DNA of 63,681 nucleotides, counting the filler, from Candidatus Woesearchaeota archaeon (GTDB taxonomy: Archaea; Nanobdellota; Nanobdellia; Woesearchaeales; CAZJJJ01): NCBI GenBank assembly GCA_046538795.1. It is 6 parts of 6 records of this genome, joined end to end, with 100 filler letters (N's around TTAATTAATTAA, not from the genome) between each part and the next. Parts side by side here need not be neighbours in the genome. Positions count along the whole stretch, not along the records: positions 1 to 28,438 come from JBKHIF010000012.1; positions 28,539 to 35,705 come from JBKHIF010000068.1; 4 more parts are not named here. One strand, written 5' to 3'. Shown here in pieces: positions 19,976 through 28,606 of this stretch (position 1 is its first letter; each line of letters starts with the position of its first letter). The notes under the pieces are model-generated. The model was not told the origin of the DNA and did not search any database. It worked only from the letters and a program-made list of their open reading frames with translations. A program made the position numbers and the translations under genes.

Positions 19976-20725
19976 TCAGCTTGATATTATTTCTTTCATG
20001 AGATCATCTATATTATAGAATCCCTTTTTTCCTTTAATAAATTCTGCTGCTTTTATAGCTCCTAGAGCAAAGCCTTCTCTTGTCCTTGCAGTATGTTTTA
20101 TTTCGATTGTATCTGCTATGCTGTCAAATCCAACCATATGTGTTCCCGGAATATTTCCTGATCTTGTTGATGAAACATGGATTTCTTCTGGATTTATCTT
20201 TCTTTTTAGTTCTTCAGAAACAATTTTCTTTTTTCTTGAAATATTTTTAAGTATTCTTTCTCCTATCATAAGTGCAGTTCCTGAAGGGCTGTCTGCTTTT
20301 TGATTATGATGAAACTCATGCACGAAGATATCATAATCATCTGCATTGTTCATGATTTTTGAAGTGTTTTCAATTATCTTGAAGAATAGGTTGACTCCCA
20401 GAGAAAAATTTCCTGACCATATCATTCCTGTCGCTGCCTTCTGGATTATTTCCTTTGCCTCATCCATATGGTCGTACCATCCGGTTGTTCCCATCACAAG
20501 GTTAACTCCCAGGGATGATATCTGTTTCATGTTTTCAATTGCCGAATCAGGATAGGTGAAATCAATAGCTACATCAACATCTTTCATTGATTCTTCATTG
20601 ATCTCTGTAAATTTTGCTTCCTTTGAGAATTTATCAATTGTTGATATTACATTTATGCCCTTTTGGGTTGCAAGGGACTCTATCATATGCCCCATCCTGC
20701 CATAACCTATTATTGCTACATTCAT
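19976..20725 (-). CDS. dapB: 4-hydroxy-tetrahydrodipicolinate reductase
   Basis: GYGRMG, GTTGW, NFSLGVN, EFHHNQKADSPSGTA. Confidence 0.95.
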   Translation of the reverse strand: MNVAIIGYGRMGHMIESLATQKGINVISTIDKFSKEAKFTEINEESMKDVDVAIDFTYPDSAIENMKQISSLGVNLVMGTTGWYDHMDEAKEIIQKAATGMIWSGNFSLGVNLFFKIIENTSKIMNNADDYDIFVHEFHHNQKADSPSGTALMIGERILKNISRKKKIVSEELKRKINPEEIHVSSTRSGNIPGTHMVGFDSIADTIEIKHTARTREGFALGAIKAAEFIKGKKGFYNIDDLMKEIISS

Positions 20726-20852
20726 AATTTCAAGTAAATGAAATATTTATTATAAAACTTGCTTTATTATAAGAATTTTTACACAATATTTTTAAAGAAC
20801 TTTTCAAACCCAGACGATAAATAAGGGTGTAATTATTTCAGATAATATAGAT

Positions 20853-22130
20853 GTGCTTTTGGATGAGGAGAAAATTTCTTTACTAGATGAAAATATAGCG
20901 AAGATAAAAGAGGATGTTTCTTCTGGAAATGAATTTCCTGAAGAACTTCTTGAGATTGTAAATTATTCTCCAGAACAGGCGATAATATTGGGGCATAATC
21001 AGCCTGATCCTGACTGCATTGCAATGTCTGCTGCAATGAGGCATATCTTAAGGCAAAACGATATTGACTCAAAAATATTCTATACAGGTGAAGTTAATAA
21101 TTATATGAATAAGCAGCTTTTTACTGATCTTGATCTGAGAAATAATCTTCTTTTCAGAGTGAATGATATTGTCAGTTCAAATAAGAGAAGTGATCTTGAA
21201 GATGCGTTGAAAGCAATCAGGCATACTGTGATTCTTGATACCCAGTCTCCTGAACTTCAGGTGAATTTTTTCAAGTATATGAATCCTAAAACATTTATCG
21301 ATCATCATGCTCATTCAAATGGTTCTGACAGCAAGGATCAGGATGATGTTTTTAATCTTGTGATCCCGAGCGGTGCCGGAACATCCATACTTCTTGATTA
21401 TATGAGACAGAAGGATTATGATCTTTCTGCATCTGAATTATCTACTTTAAGGATACTTTCTTATCTTGGAATGAAGACCGATACCAATAATTTTCACAGG
21501 AAAAGGATGACTGGTCTTGACCATACTGCTCTGGAATATCTTATTGGTTTTATGAATGATGATGATTATAAATCTGTAGAAAAGATATCTGATCCCAAGC
21601 TTCCTCCATCTGTCATGGGTGAACTTGGAAAAGCACTTTCATTTTCAAGCAAAAATGTATATGGCGGAAAGGTAGTTATCTATCCGGTTCCGGAAATAAT
21701 TGAAAGTGATACTGATACATCTCTTGTTCCTTATCTTGCTGATGAGCTTTTTGAGAGGAAAAAGCACCTTGGAGCAGATGCTGTGATTGTATATGGCATG
21801 GTTGCAACAGAATCAGGTAAAGAAAAAAATGTGAAGGTTATTGCTTCAGGAAGATCTATTGATTCAACAATTGATGTGAGAACTATTTTTGAAGAGGCTT
21901 TTTATTCCTGGAAGATGGAAGATGAAAGCCAGGATGACGATAACATCCCTATATATTCTAAGAAACTTTCTTCTGGCGGGAGAAAAACTCCTGAAGGAGC
22001 GACTGTTGCAGGAGCAACTGTTTCTCATCCTGAATATAATCAGCATGTTGTCCTTGAAAACATCTGGCCTGAAATATCTTCTATGTACAAAAAAAGGATA
22101 CTCGAGGCATCAGGCATAAAAGAAGAGTAA
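20853..22130 (+). CDS. DHH family phosphoesterase
   Basis: HNQPDPDCIA, ILD, IDHH, GMKTDT. Confidence 0.85.
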   Translation: MLLDEEKISLLDENIAKIKEDVSSGNEFPEELLEIVNYSPEQAIILGHNQPDPDCIAMSAAMRHILRQNDIDSKIFYTGEVNNYMNKQLFTDLDLRNNLLFRVNDIVSSNKRSDLEDALKAIRHTVILDTQSPELQVNFFKYMNPKTFIDHHAHSNGSDSKDQDDVFNLVIPSGAGTSILLDYMRQKDYDLSASELSTLRILSYLGMKTDTNNFHRKRMTGLDHTALEYLIGFMNDDDYKSVEKISDPKLPPSVMGELGKALSFSSKNVYGGKVVIYPVPEIIESDTDTSLVPYLADELFERKKHLGADAVIVYGMVATESGKEKNVKVIASGRSIDSTIDVRTIFEEAFYSWKMEDESQDDDNIPIYSKKLSSGGRKTPEGATVAGATVSHPEYNQHVVLENIWPEISSMYKKRILEASGIKEE

Positions 22131-22165
22131 TAATATTTATAAAAGACATACTGTTTCTTTTGATC

Positions 22166-22324
22166 ATGAAATGCGAAATCTGTAAACAGAAGATCGATGA
22201 GACTTTCATGAAAAAGATTGTGGGTACTGTTGTGAAAGACGAGAATGGCAAAAAGCATTATGTATGCAGTTCCTGCCAAGGCAATCTTGAAAATGACAAA
22301 GACAAGATTCTTGAGAAATTATGA
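22166..22324 (+). CDS. Small zinc-finger protein (52 aa, not in the ORF track)
   Basis: MKCEICKQKIDETFMKKIVGTVVKDENGKKHYVCSSCQGNLENDKDKILEKL; two CxxC; TATA-like TTTATAAA upstream. Confidence 0.75.
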   Translation: MKCEICKQKIDETFMKKIVGTVVKDENGKKHYVCSSCQGNLENDKDKILEKL

Positions 22325-22335
22325 TATTATCTTAC

Positions 22336-22408
22336 GCCCTTGTAGCATAGTAGCTATTGCGTTTGCCTCGTAAGCAAAAGGTCGGGGGTGCAACTCCCTC
22401 CAAGGGCT
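22336..22408 (+). tRNA. tRNA-Thr(CGT)
   Basis: Acceptor stem GCCCTTG/CAAGGGC, anticodon arm TTTGC-CTCGTAA-GCAAA, T arm GGGGG-TGCAACT-CCCTC. Confidence 0.93.
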
Positions 22409-22499
22409 TACTTATTTTTAAAAATACAATAAAAAAAAGAAACAGATTATTTTTTAGTTAAAATAATGATTTAAGCGTAATTATTATGTTTGAACAAAT

Positions 22500-22691
22500 T
22501 TATTCTTTTCTTACGTTGACAGCTTTTGGGCCTCTGTCTCCCTGCTCTACGTCAAATTCAACAGCATCATTCTCATTAAGAGTTGCACCGTCAGCAATAC
22601 CTGTAAGATGTACAAAATATTCATTGCCATCGTCTCCTGAAATAAAGCCGAATCCTTTTGACTCATTAAAAAATTTAACAGTTCCTTTCAT
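22500..22691 (-). CDS. csp: Cold-shock domain protein
   Basis: MKGTVKFF, KGFGFI, YFVH, GPKAVNV; GGAGGTG SD. Confidence 0.95.
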   Translation of the reverse strand: MKGTVKFFNESKGFGFISGDDGNEYFVHLTGIADGATLNENDAVEFDVEQGDRGPKAVNVRKE

Positions 22692-22697
22692 TTTTTT

Positions 22698-22895
22698 TCA
22701 CCTCCTGTTATTCATTCTTTTATAATTTCCTGAATATATATTACGATTTTGTCTGTCAGAACCCATTTCAATGTCATTTGAATTGCATTCTTTACAGATT
22801 AATATGAGTTTGCCTTTTGATTTTTTACCGTGACTATATTTTGTACGACTTTTGATTTTTGTGCTTTTACATTTTTTGCAAAACATGATTGTCAC
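22698..22895 (-). CDS. Small basic zinc-ribbon protein
   Basis: CKKC...CKEC; GAGGTG SD; in an operon with csp. Confidence 0.7.
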   Translation of the reverse strand: MTIMFCKKCKSTKIKSRTKYSHGKKSKGKLILICKECNSNDIEMGSDRQNRNIYSGNYKRMNNRR

Positions 22896-22898
22896 CTC

Positions 22899-23126
22899 TT
22901 ATTTATTATTGTTATTATTTGGCTTGTGCTTGAAGTAGCAGGACTTGCAGTAAACAGGTCTATTCCCTATTGGCTTAAAAGGAACCTTGCATTCTTTACC
23001 GCAGTCAGTACATGTAGAATTATGAAGATCTTTTGAAAAAGATCCTGATTCTGCTTTCTTGATAATTTCATAATTACGTAATCTACTTCTGCTTTGCGAT
23101 CTTTTTGTATTCTTTTTCATGATCAA
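22899..23126 (-). CDS. CxxC-x17-CxxC domain protein
   Basis: CTDCGKECKVPFKPIGNRPVYCKSCY. Confidence 0.85.
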   Translation of the reverse strand: MIMKKNTKRSQSRSRLRNYEIIKKAESGSFSKDLHNSTCTDCGKECKVPFKPIGNRPVYCKSCYFKHKPNNNNNK

Positions 23127-23241
23127 ACTCTTTTAATAATTTCAATCAGAATAAGTCAAACTTGGATTATAATATTTTTATATGGCAAGCGCAAAAACTT
23201 CCTGATTATAATTAAAAGAATCCTGTGCCCTTATTAAATGC

Positions 23242-24117
23242 TTGCATTTTTGGTATTATTTTATAAATAAAATATTGTTCTTTTCCAGGTATATGGTATT
23301 CAATCTTATGAAATTGTTTGATAAAGTTGTGCCGGACACGATGAAGGCAAATGTACGAGAACTCTATATGGGCCTTGATTATTTTAGGCATAATCTTTTC
23401 AGAAATGACGAAATCCTTTCAAACGTCGAAGTTGAGATAAATACTGATTGCAATAGGAGATGCAGAATCTGTCCAAGACATGATGTTCCCGGAGAACATG
23501 GGTTTATGGAAGATAATTTGTATGATCTTTTGCTTGATCAACTTAAAGATATAGATTTTGATGGACAATTTTCACCGGTTTTCTATAATGAGCCTTTGCT
23601 TGATAAAAGACTTCCAAAACTTATGGAAAAAGCAAAAAATAAGCTTTCTGATATTGAGATCATAGTATATACGAATGGTTCTTTGATTACTGAAGACAAG
23701 ATAAGAGAACTTGTCGATCATGGTGTTGATGGAATATTCATAAGTCAGTACAATGATAATCTAAGATATGATGATAAATCTGATCTTGTTGATTCGCTTC
23801 CTAAAGACCTGGCAAAACATATAAGGTATAGGATACTGCAAAATGATGATAATCTATCTACACGATCTGGTCTTGTAGAGGTAGAAAAACCGGTTATAAA
23901 ATCAATCTGCTATAAGCCATCTACAAACGCGGTAATAAATTATAAAGGAGATGTTGTCGTTTGCTGCAATGATTTTTTTTCACAATATAGTTTTGGAAAT
24001 ATTTCTGAAGAACACATTCATGAAATTTGGAACTCAGATGAATTCAAAAAAGTAAGGAAAGAACTCCGTAGAGGCATTTTTAATTATGATATCTGCAGAG
24101 CATGCCACGGAGAATAG
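23242..24117 (+). CDS. Radical SAM protein with SPASM/twitch domain (start probably downstream, near 23293)
   Basis: CNRRCRIC, YNEPLL, YTNG, CCND...CRAC. Confidence 0.88.
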   Translation: MHFWYYFINKILFFSRYMVFNLMKLFDKVVPDTMKANVRELYMGLDYFRHNLFRNDEILSNVEVEINTDCNRRCRICPRHDVPGEHGFMEDNLYDLLLDQLKDIDFDGQFSPVFYNEPLLDKRLPKLMEKAKNKLSDIEIIVYTNGSLITEDKIRELVDHGVDGIFISQYNDNLRYDDKSDLVDSLPKDLAKHIRYRILQNDDNLSTRSGLVEVEKPVIKSICYKPSTNAVINYKGDVVVCCNDFFSQYSFGNISEEHIHEIWNSDEFKKVRKELRRGIFNYDICRACHGE

Positions 24118-24121
24118 TGTA

Positions 24122-24688
24122 CTATCTTCCCCTTATCCTTGTTTGCTGGCCGTTTGGAGGAACAAAAGATATTGAATAAACCCTGTCATCTTCTGAAATT
24201 TTTGCATATGCAAAACAAAGCTGTATGATATCTCCTCCAAGGAAATAACCATCTGCCTGAGAATTGCTCTTTATCAGATAATTTACTGTAAAAGACCCAT
24301 TCCTATTTATTGCATCTGCATAATATCCTGAATTAGGATCATTTGTACATGAACCTGGAGAATACGTAAGATCAATTGAATCGTGGGTTCCTTCGATTGA
24401 AATGAGAGTCTTTTTCAGAGAGATTCCATCAGAACCTGGAGCAAGCCTCATCTTTACATTATACTCAGTAAGTGTATCGTTTGTAGAATCTACTCTTCTT
24501 GAATTCATGACCTCTGCTCTTGATGATACTAGTTCTTTTACTTCGTTTCCTGTGAGAAGGGCTTTATTCTGAAGTGACCCTGCTGTTTGCATGAATACGC
24601 CTGCAGCAATGGCAGCAACAAGTATCATCGCAATGAACATTATCAATGTACCTGTCCCTGCCTCTGCTTTTTTTTGAACAAAATCCAT
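24122..24688 (-). CDS. flaB: Archaellin/flagellin-like type IV filament protein
   Basis: Class III signal KKA|EAGTGTLIMFIAMILVAAIAAGV...LQNKA. Confidence 0.85.
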   Translation of the reverse strand: MDFVQKKAEAGTGTLIMFIAMILVAAIAAGVFMQTAGSLQNKALLTGNEVKELVSSRAEVMNSRRVDSTNDTLTEYNVKMRLAPGSDGISLKKTLISIEGTHDSIDLTYSPGSCTNDPNSGYYADAINRNGSFTVNYLIKSNSQADGYFLGGDIIQLCFAYAKISEDDRVYSISFVPPNGQQTRIRGR

Positions 24689-24731
24689 ATTTTATTTTCA
24701 TAGAAAATAGTAGAATAAATATTTATTGTAT

Positions 24732-26072
24732 TTATCTTTCAGAATTATATAGCCTTCTGAATTCAGAAACTTCTTCTTGCATTTCAGAAGGTGAGTAAAC
24801 AGAAACTGGTGCTACTTTTTCAAATATTTCTATAATATCAAGATAATTGTCATAATAGATTGTTAGCCCGTAATGATTTGCAATATTTTCAATATTATTT
24901 TCAACTCGCAATCCTGCATGAAGATGTTCGCCATTTCCTCTTCCAGTATCTCCTGTATAACCGATAATCTCTCCTTGTTCAACAGGTATCCATGCTCTAA
25001 GATTCATAGAATTAATTCCTTCTGATTGTCTGTGCAGATCGTTTATTATATATTCTTCTTCATTATTAAGAAGATCAGTGTACCAATTAAGATATTCTTC
25101 ATATCTTTCTTCAGGAATATCTCTTATTCTCATCTGCTCTTCAATTATTCTTTCTTTGATTCCATCAGGATAATCATCGAGATGAAAATTTTGTGAAATT
25201 AGTGAAATATAGGTTATATTTCCATGATTGTCAGGTATTGCGATTGTTTTTCTTATAAAAGCAGTCTTTCCAAGATAAAGATCATCTTCATAAGGATTTC
25301 CTGCTTCTTGTGCTCGTTGCATTTCTGCTATTGGGCGCAGAATGTAATCAATATTTAGTTCTCCGTCAATCATGTTGTAAATGGGAGTACCTGTCGGAAC
25401 ACCAAAGTCAACACCTCTATGGCTGTCTCTGTCTGGTCCTCCTGATTCAGGAGTTGGGTTTCCTCTTGGACCTATATCTGAAGTGATTCTGTAATCAGAA
25501 ATGTCTCCTTCAAGCGGAGATATGAAATCTTGTCTTACCCTGCATGTGAATATTTCAGGATTTGTTTTGTTTATCCACATTGTTGCCCAAAGATAACCTT
25601 CCTGATCATGATAATCTACGATAAATGCAGGACGATTTTCAGTAATGTTTTCTACATCTGCAATCAATAGGCGCTCTTCATCACCAGAATCCCTTAACAC
25701 ATATCTTGGAAAAGTTATTGATACATCCTCGCCAGAGCTGTTTTTTGTTTCATATTCTGATTCAGCAACAAATATCTGCTCTCCTCTCCCTAATGGGTTG
25801 GAGTATGCGTCCAGAAGCCATCCTAATTTTCTGTGATTAACTGTATTTAGCTGTCTTGCAATATCTTCTATTGTTTCCTGGCCTGAAACAAAATGAGAAT
25901 AAACATTGTAATTGTTCTGATTGGTTTGATAACTTTCCTGAACAACAGATTCAAGAGATGTATCTGGATTAATTCCGTCAGGTATTTGCGGCTCTGCCTG
26001 ATAAGGACTCATAAAAAGCATCCCTGCTCCAAATACGATTCCAGCACCTATTTTTTTAACTTTATTTATCAT
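24732..26072 (-). CDS. Secreted M23 family metallopeptidase with LysM-like segment
   Basis: Signal peptide; HRGVDF (HxxxD), FHLD, VEQGEIIGYTGDTG, HLH; HFVSGQETIEDIARQL LysM-like. Confidence 0.82.
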   Translation of the reverse strand: MINKVKKIGAGIVFGAGMLFMSPYQAEPQIPDGINPDTSLESVVQESYQTNQNNYNVYSHFVSGQETIEDIARQLNTVNHRKLGWLLDAYSNPLGRGEQIFVAESEYETKNSSGEDVSITFPRYVLRDSGDEERLLIADVENITENRPAFIVDYHDQEGYLWATMWINKTNPEIFTCRVRQDFISPLEGDISDYRITSDIGPRGNPTPESGGPDRDSHRGVDFGVPTGTPIYNMIDGELNIDYILRPIAEMQRAQEAGNPYEDDLYLGKTAFIRKTIAIPDNHGNITYISLISQNFHLDDYPDGIKERIIEEQMRIRDIPEERYEEYLNWYTDLLNNEEEYIINDLHRQSEGINSMNLRAWIPVEQGEIIGYTGDTGRGNGEHLHAGLRVENNIENIANHYGLTIYYDNYLDIIEIFEKVAPVSVYSPSEMQEEVSEFRRLYNSER

Positions 26073-26161
26073 TTTTCCGAAAGTTTTTTATTAACACTCA
26101 AAACCGAGAAAATGAAACTTTTAAAAAGCTTTCGTTTTATTCACAACCAAACAGTAGTTCT

Positions 26162-27223
26162 TTGCTGGTTGTAACATTAAAAATGGATGATATAATAAAA
26201 AAAACACCTGAATTGAGTTCTGAAACAAAAGAACTTATGCAAAAAGCAGAAAAGGTTTATAGTGAAAACTTTGATAATTATGCCTGGTTTGGAAGATGCA
26301 TATTCCTCTCGTGGTATTGTGATAAAGGAACTTGTGATTTTTGCTTCAGAAGTACTCAAAAGCATAAGATAAAGCATATAGAGACTGCAAGACGAAGCCT
26401 GGCATCGGTATTGGCTGAAGCTGCGATGATACGAGGACTTAGCTGGAGGCTTGAGTTTCTTACAGGAGGATACGGGATATATCCTTTTCCTGAGATCGTT
26501 GAAATATGCAAATTATGCTCAGATGTTTTGGGTGAGAAGTTATGGGTCAATCTCGGAGTTTTGGAAGAGAATCAGTTGAAAGAGCTTAAGCCTTATGTTG
26601 GAGGCATTGTAAGTTCCCTTGAAACACTTAATCCAAAACTTCATGACAAGGTATGTCCTGATAAGCCTATAGAACCATATATTGAGATGATTGAAAACGC
26701 AAAGAAGCTTGGATTCAAACAGAGTTTTACTCTGGTAATAGGACTTGGCGAGAAAAGAGAGGACTTTTCCTATGTTAAGGAAATGATTGACAAATACGGC
26801 TTTGAGCGTGTCACAGTCTATGCATTAAGACCTGTTTTTGGGACGCCTTACAAGAAAGGCCCTTCAACTGAAGACATGGTGTGGTGGATATCAAACATCA
26901 GGATAAATTTTCCAAAAATTGAGATAATCGCAGGAACTGCTATCTACAGGATTCCTGAGATAAGTCTTCTTTTAAGAGCAGGTGCAAATGCATTTACAAA
27001 GCTTCCTGCAACAAAGATGTTTAATACAGAGGATGCCAGATTTGCAGAAGAGGAAGTTAAAAAGGCAGGAAGACGATTTATTTCATCGTTCACTTCAGAT
27101 GACATAGAAAATCACTCAGACTGGAAAAAAATAATTGATATATCTGATTTGTCTGAAGATAAGAAATCTGATCTTAAGATAAAGCTTGGACAATATCTTA
27201 AGTCAATGGAAAAGAAAAAATAA
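26162..27223 (+). CDS. Biotin synthase/HmdB-like radical SAM protein (start probably ATG at 26183)
   Basis: CDKGTCDFC, ET.N..LH..VCP.K, IGLGE, P..GTP. Confidence 0.8.
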   Translation: MLVVTLKMDDIIKKTPELSSETKELMQKAEKVYSENFDNYAWFGRCIFLSWYCDKGTCDFCFRSTQKHKIKHIETARRSLASVLAEAAMIRGLSWRLEFLTGGYGIYPFPEIVEICKLCSDVLGEKLWVNLGVLEENQLKELKPYVGGIVSSLETLNPKLHDKVCPDKPIEPYIEMIENAKKLGFKQSFTLVIGLGEKREDFSYVKEMIDKYGFERVTVYALRPVFGTPYKKGPSTEDMVWWISNIRINFPKIEIIAGTAIYRIPEISLLLRAGANAFTKLPATKMFNTEDARFAEEEVKKAGRRFISSFTSDDIENHSDWKKIIDISDLSEDKKSDLKIKLGQYLKSMEKKK

Positions 27224-27592
27224 TCATCTCTTTTTCTTTGATGATTTTCTTTTAGCAGCGTGTTTTTTTTCTGAAGATTTTATCTTATGAGATCTTTTGT
27301 CTTCAATAAAATATTTTTGGATCACGTATGCAAGTATAAGCCCTAGCCCTAGTATTTCAAGAAGTATCCTTACTGTGATAAGACCATCGACAGCGTTTAC
27401 AGTAAGTTCTGCTCGGGAATACATTATGAAACTCATTATGGCAGATTCAAGAAATAGTATTCCAAAGCCTGTTACAGGAAGCCAAAAAATATTTTCTTTT
27501 CTTTTTGCAAATGCCAAAAGGTATAGTACAAAGATCACTCCAAATATCAAAGGTACAAGAAAGTCCAGATAAAACCATGATGGTAAAGCCAT
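27224..27592 (-). CDS. Hypothetical membrane protein
   Basis: Three TM helices, basic tail, GAGGTG SD. Confidence 0.7.
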   Translation of the reverse strand: MALPSWFYLDFLVPLIFGVIFVLYLLAFAKRKENIFWLPVTGFGILFLESAIMSFIMYSRAELTVNAVDGLITVRILLEILGLGLILAYVIQKYFIEDKRSHKIKSSEKKHAAKRKSSKKKR

Positions 27593-27715
27593 TGAAACAC
27601 CTCTTTTATATTTTTATAAGAATACTCGTTTATATATTTTTTTAAAACAATCAGGTAATTTTAAAATCTTTCCTGCCACAAGATTTTTATATACATTATT
27701 TCTTCAAAAGCTGAT

Positions 27716-28318
27716 ATGCCAAGAAAAAAGAAGGTTTCAACAAAAAAGATAATGTCATGGCTTATCATAGTAATCATGGTCAGCAGTATTTTTGGGGTCA
27801 TAGTAGGAAATATATCTCAGGATGATGGCACCGAACTAACCTATGATGATTATGAATTCACTATTACAGATAATGGCTACATGACAACAATCAATAATAA
27901 CGAATATTATTTCTATAATTTACCTCAGGATGTGCTTAGAATAAATATTTCAGACAGCATGCTTTCAATAATTGCTCTTTCACAGGCTGTTTATGTAACT
28001 TTTGATCCTAACATTGAAGAACTATCAAGCATGGATCTGGTAAGGTTTGATTTAGGAACTTTTTTTAATCAGCAAAATCAATTCATAGATTTCGGATTGA
28101 CTGAGGAATCTGATGATTATCCTAATCTTAATAATATAATAGATTGTAATAATGCAACTCAACACTGGCCTGTTTTGCTTTTTACGGATGGTGATGATTC
28201 AGAAATTTACAGATATGAAGAAACACCTTATTGCATAATCATAGAATCTGAAACATATCTTCACAGGATACGTTTTAGGGATGCTCTTATTTACCGGATG
28301 CTTGGAGTGATTGAATAG
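27716..28318 (+). CDS. Membrane-anchored hypothetical protein
   Basis: Basic N-terminus, one TM helix, acidic external domain with a Cys pair. Confidence 0.7.
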   Translation: MPRKKKVSTKKIMSWLIIVIMVSSIFGVIVGNISQDDGTELTYDDYEFTITDNGYMTTINNNEYYFYNLPQDVLRINISDSMLSIIALSQAVYVTFDPNIEELSSMDLVRFDLGTFFNQQNQFIDFGLTEESDDYPNLNNIIDCNNATQHWPVLLFTDGDDSEIYRYEETPYCIIIESETYLHRIRFRDALIYRMLGVIE

Positions 28319-28333
28319 CTTTCTTGCTTATAA

Positions 28334-28438
28334 AATTAGTCCTTTTTAATTTGCTGTCTTCATTTAGCTTTCAGCCAGCAAATAAAAAAAGGCGAGTCTT
28401 TATTATTTTTAATTAGTCCTTTTTAATTTGCTGTCTTC
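28334..28438. repeat. Two exact 28-bp direct repeats (period 77) at a contig end
   Basis: AATTAGTCCTTTTTAATTTGCTGTCTTC at 28334-28361 and 28411-28438. Confidence 0.9.
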
Positions 28439-28538
28439 NNNNNNNNNNNNNNNNNNNNNNNNNNNNNNNNNNNNNNNNNNNNTTAATTAATTAANNNNNN
28501 NNNNNNNNNNNNNNNNNNNNNNNNNNNNNNNNNNNNNN
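28439..28538. other. Artificial contig-joining spacer
   Basis: 44 N + TTAATTAATTAA + 44 N. Confidence 0.97.
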
Positions 28539-28606
28539 GATATAATCAACAATAAATCAAAAACAAACCATACAAAAATATAAATTAAGATGAAATTCCT
28601 GTCAAT

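Noticed and set aside
28334..28438. CRISPR array
   Set aside because: Only two repeats, no dyad symmetry, an AT-rich spacer and no cas genes in the window.
22336..28438. Integrated element at tRNA-Thr
   Set aside because: No integrase and no duplicate of the tRNA 3' end was seen.
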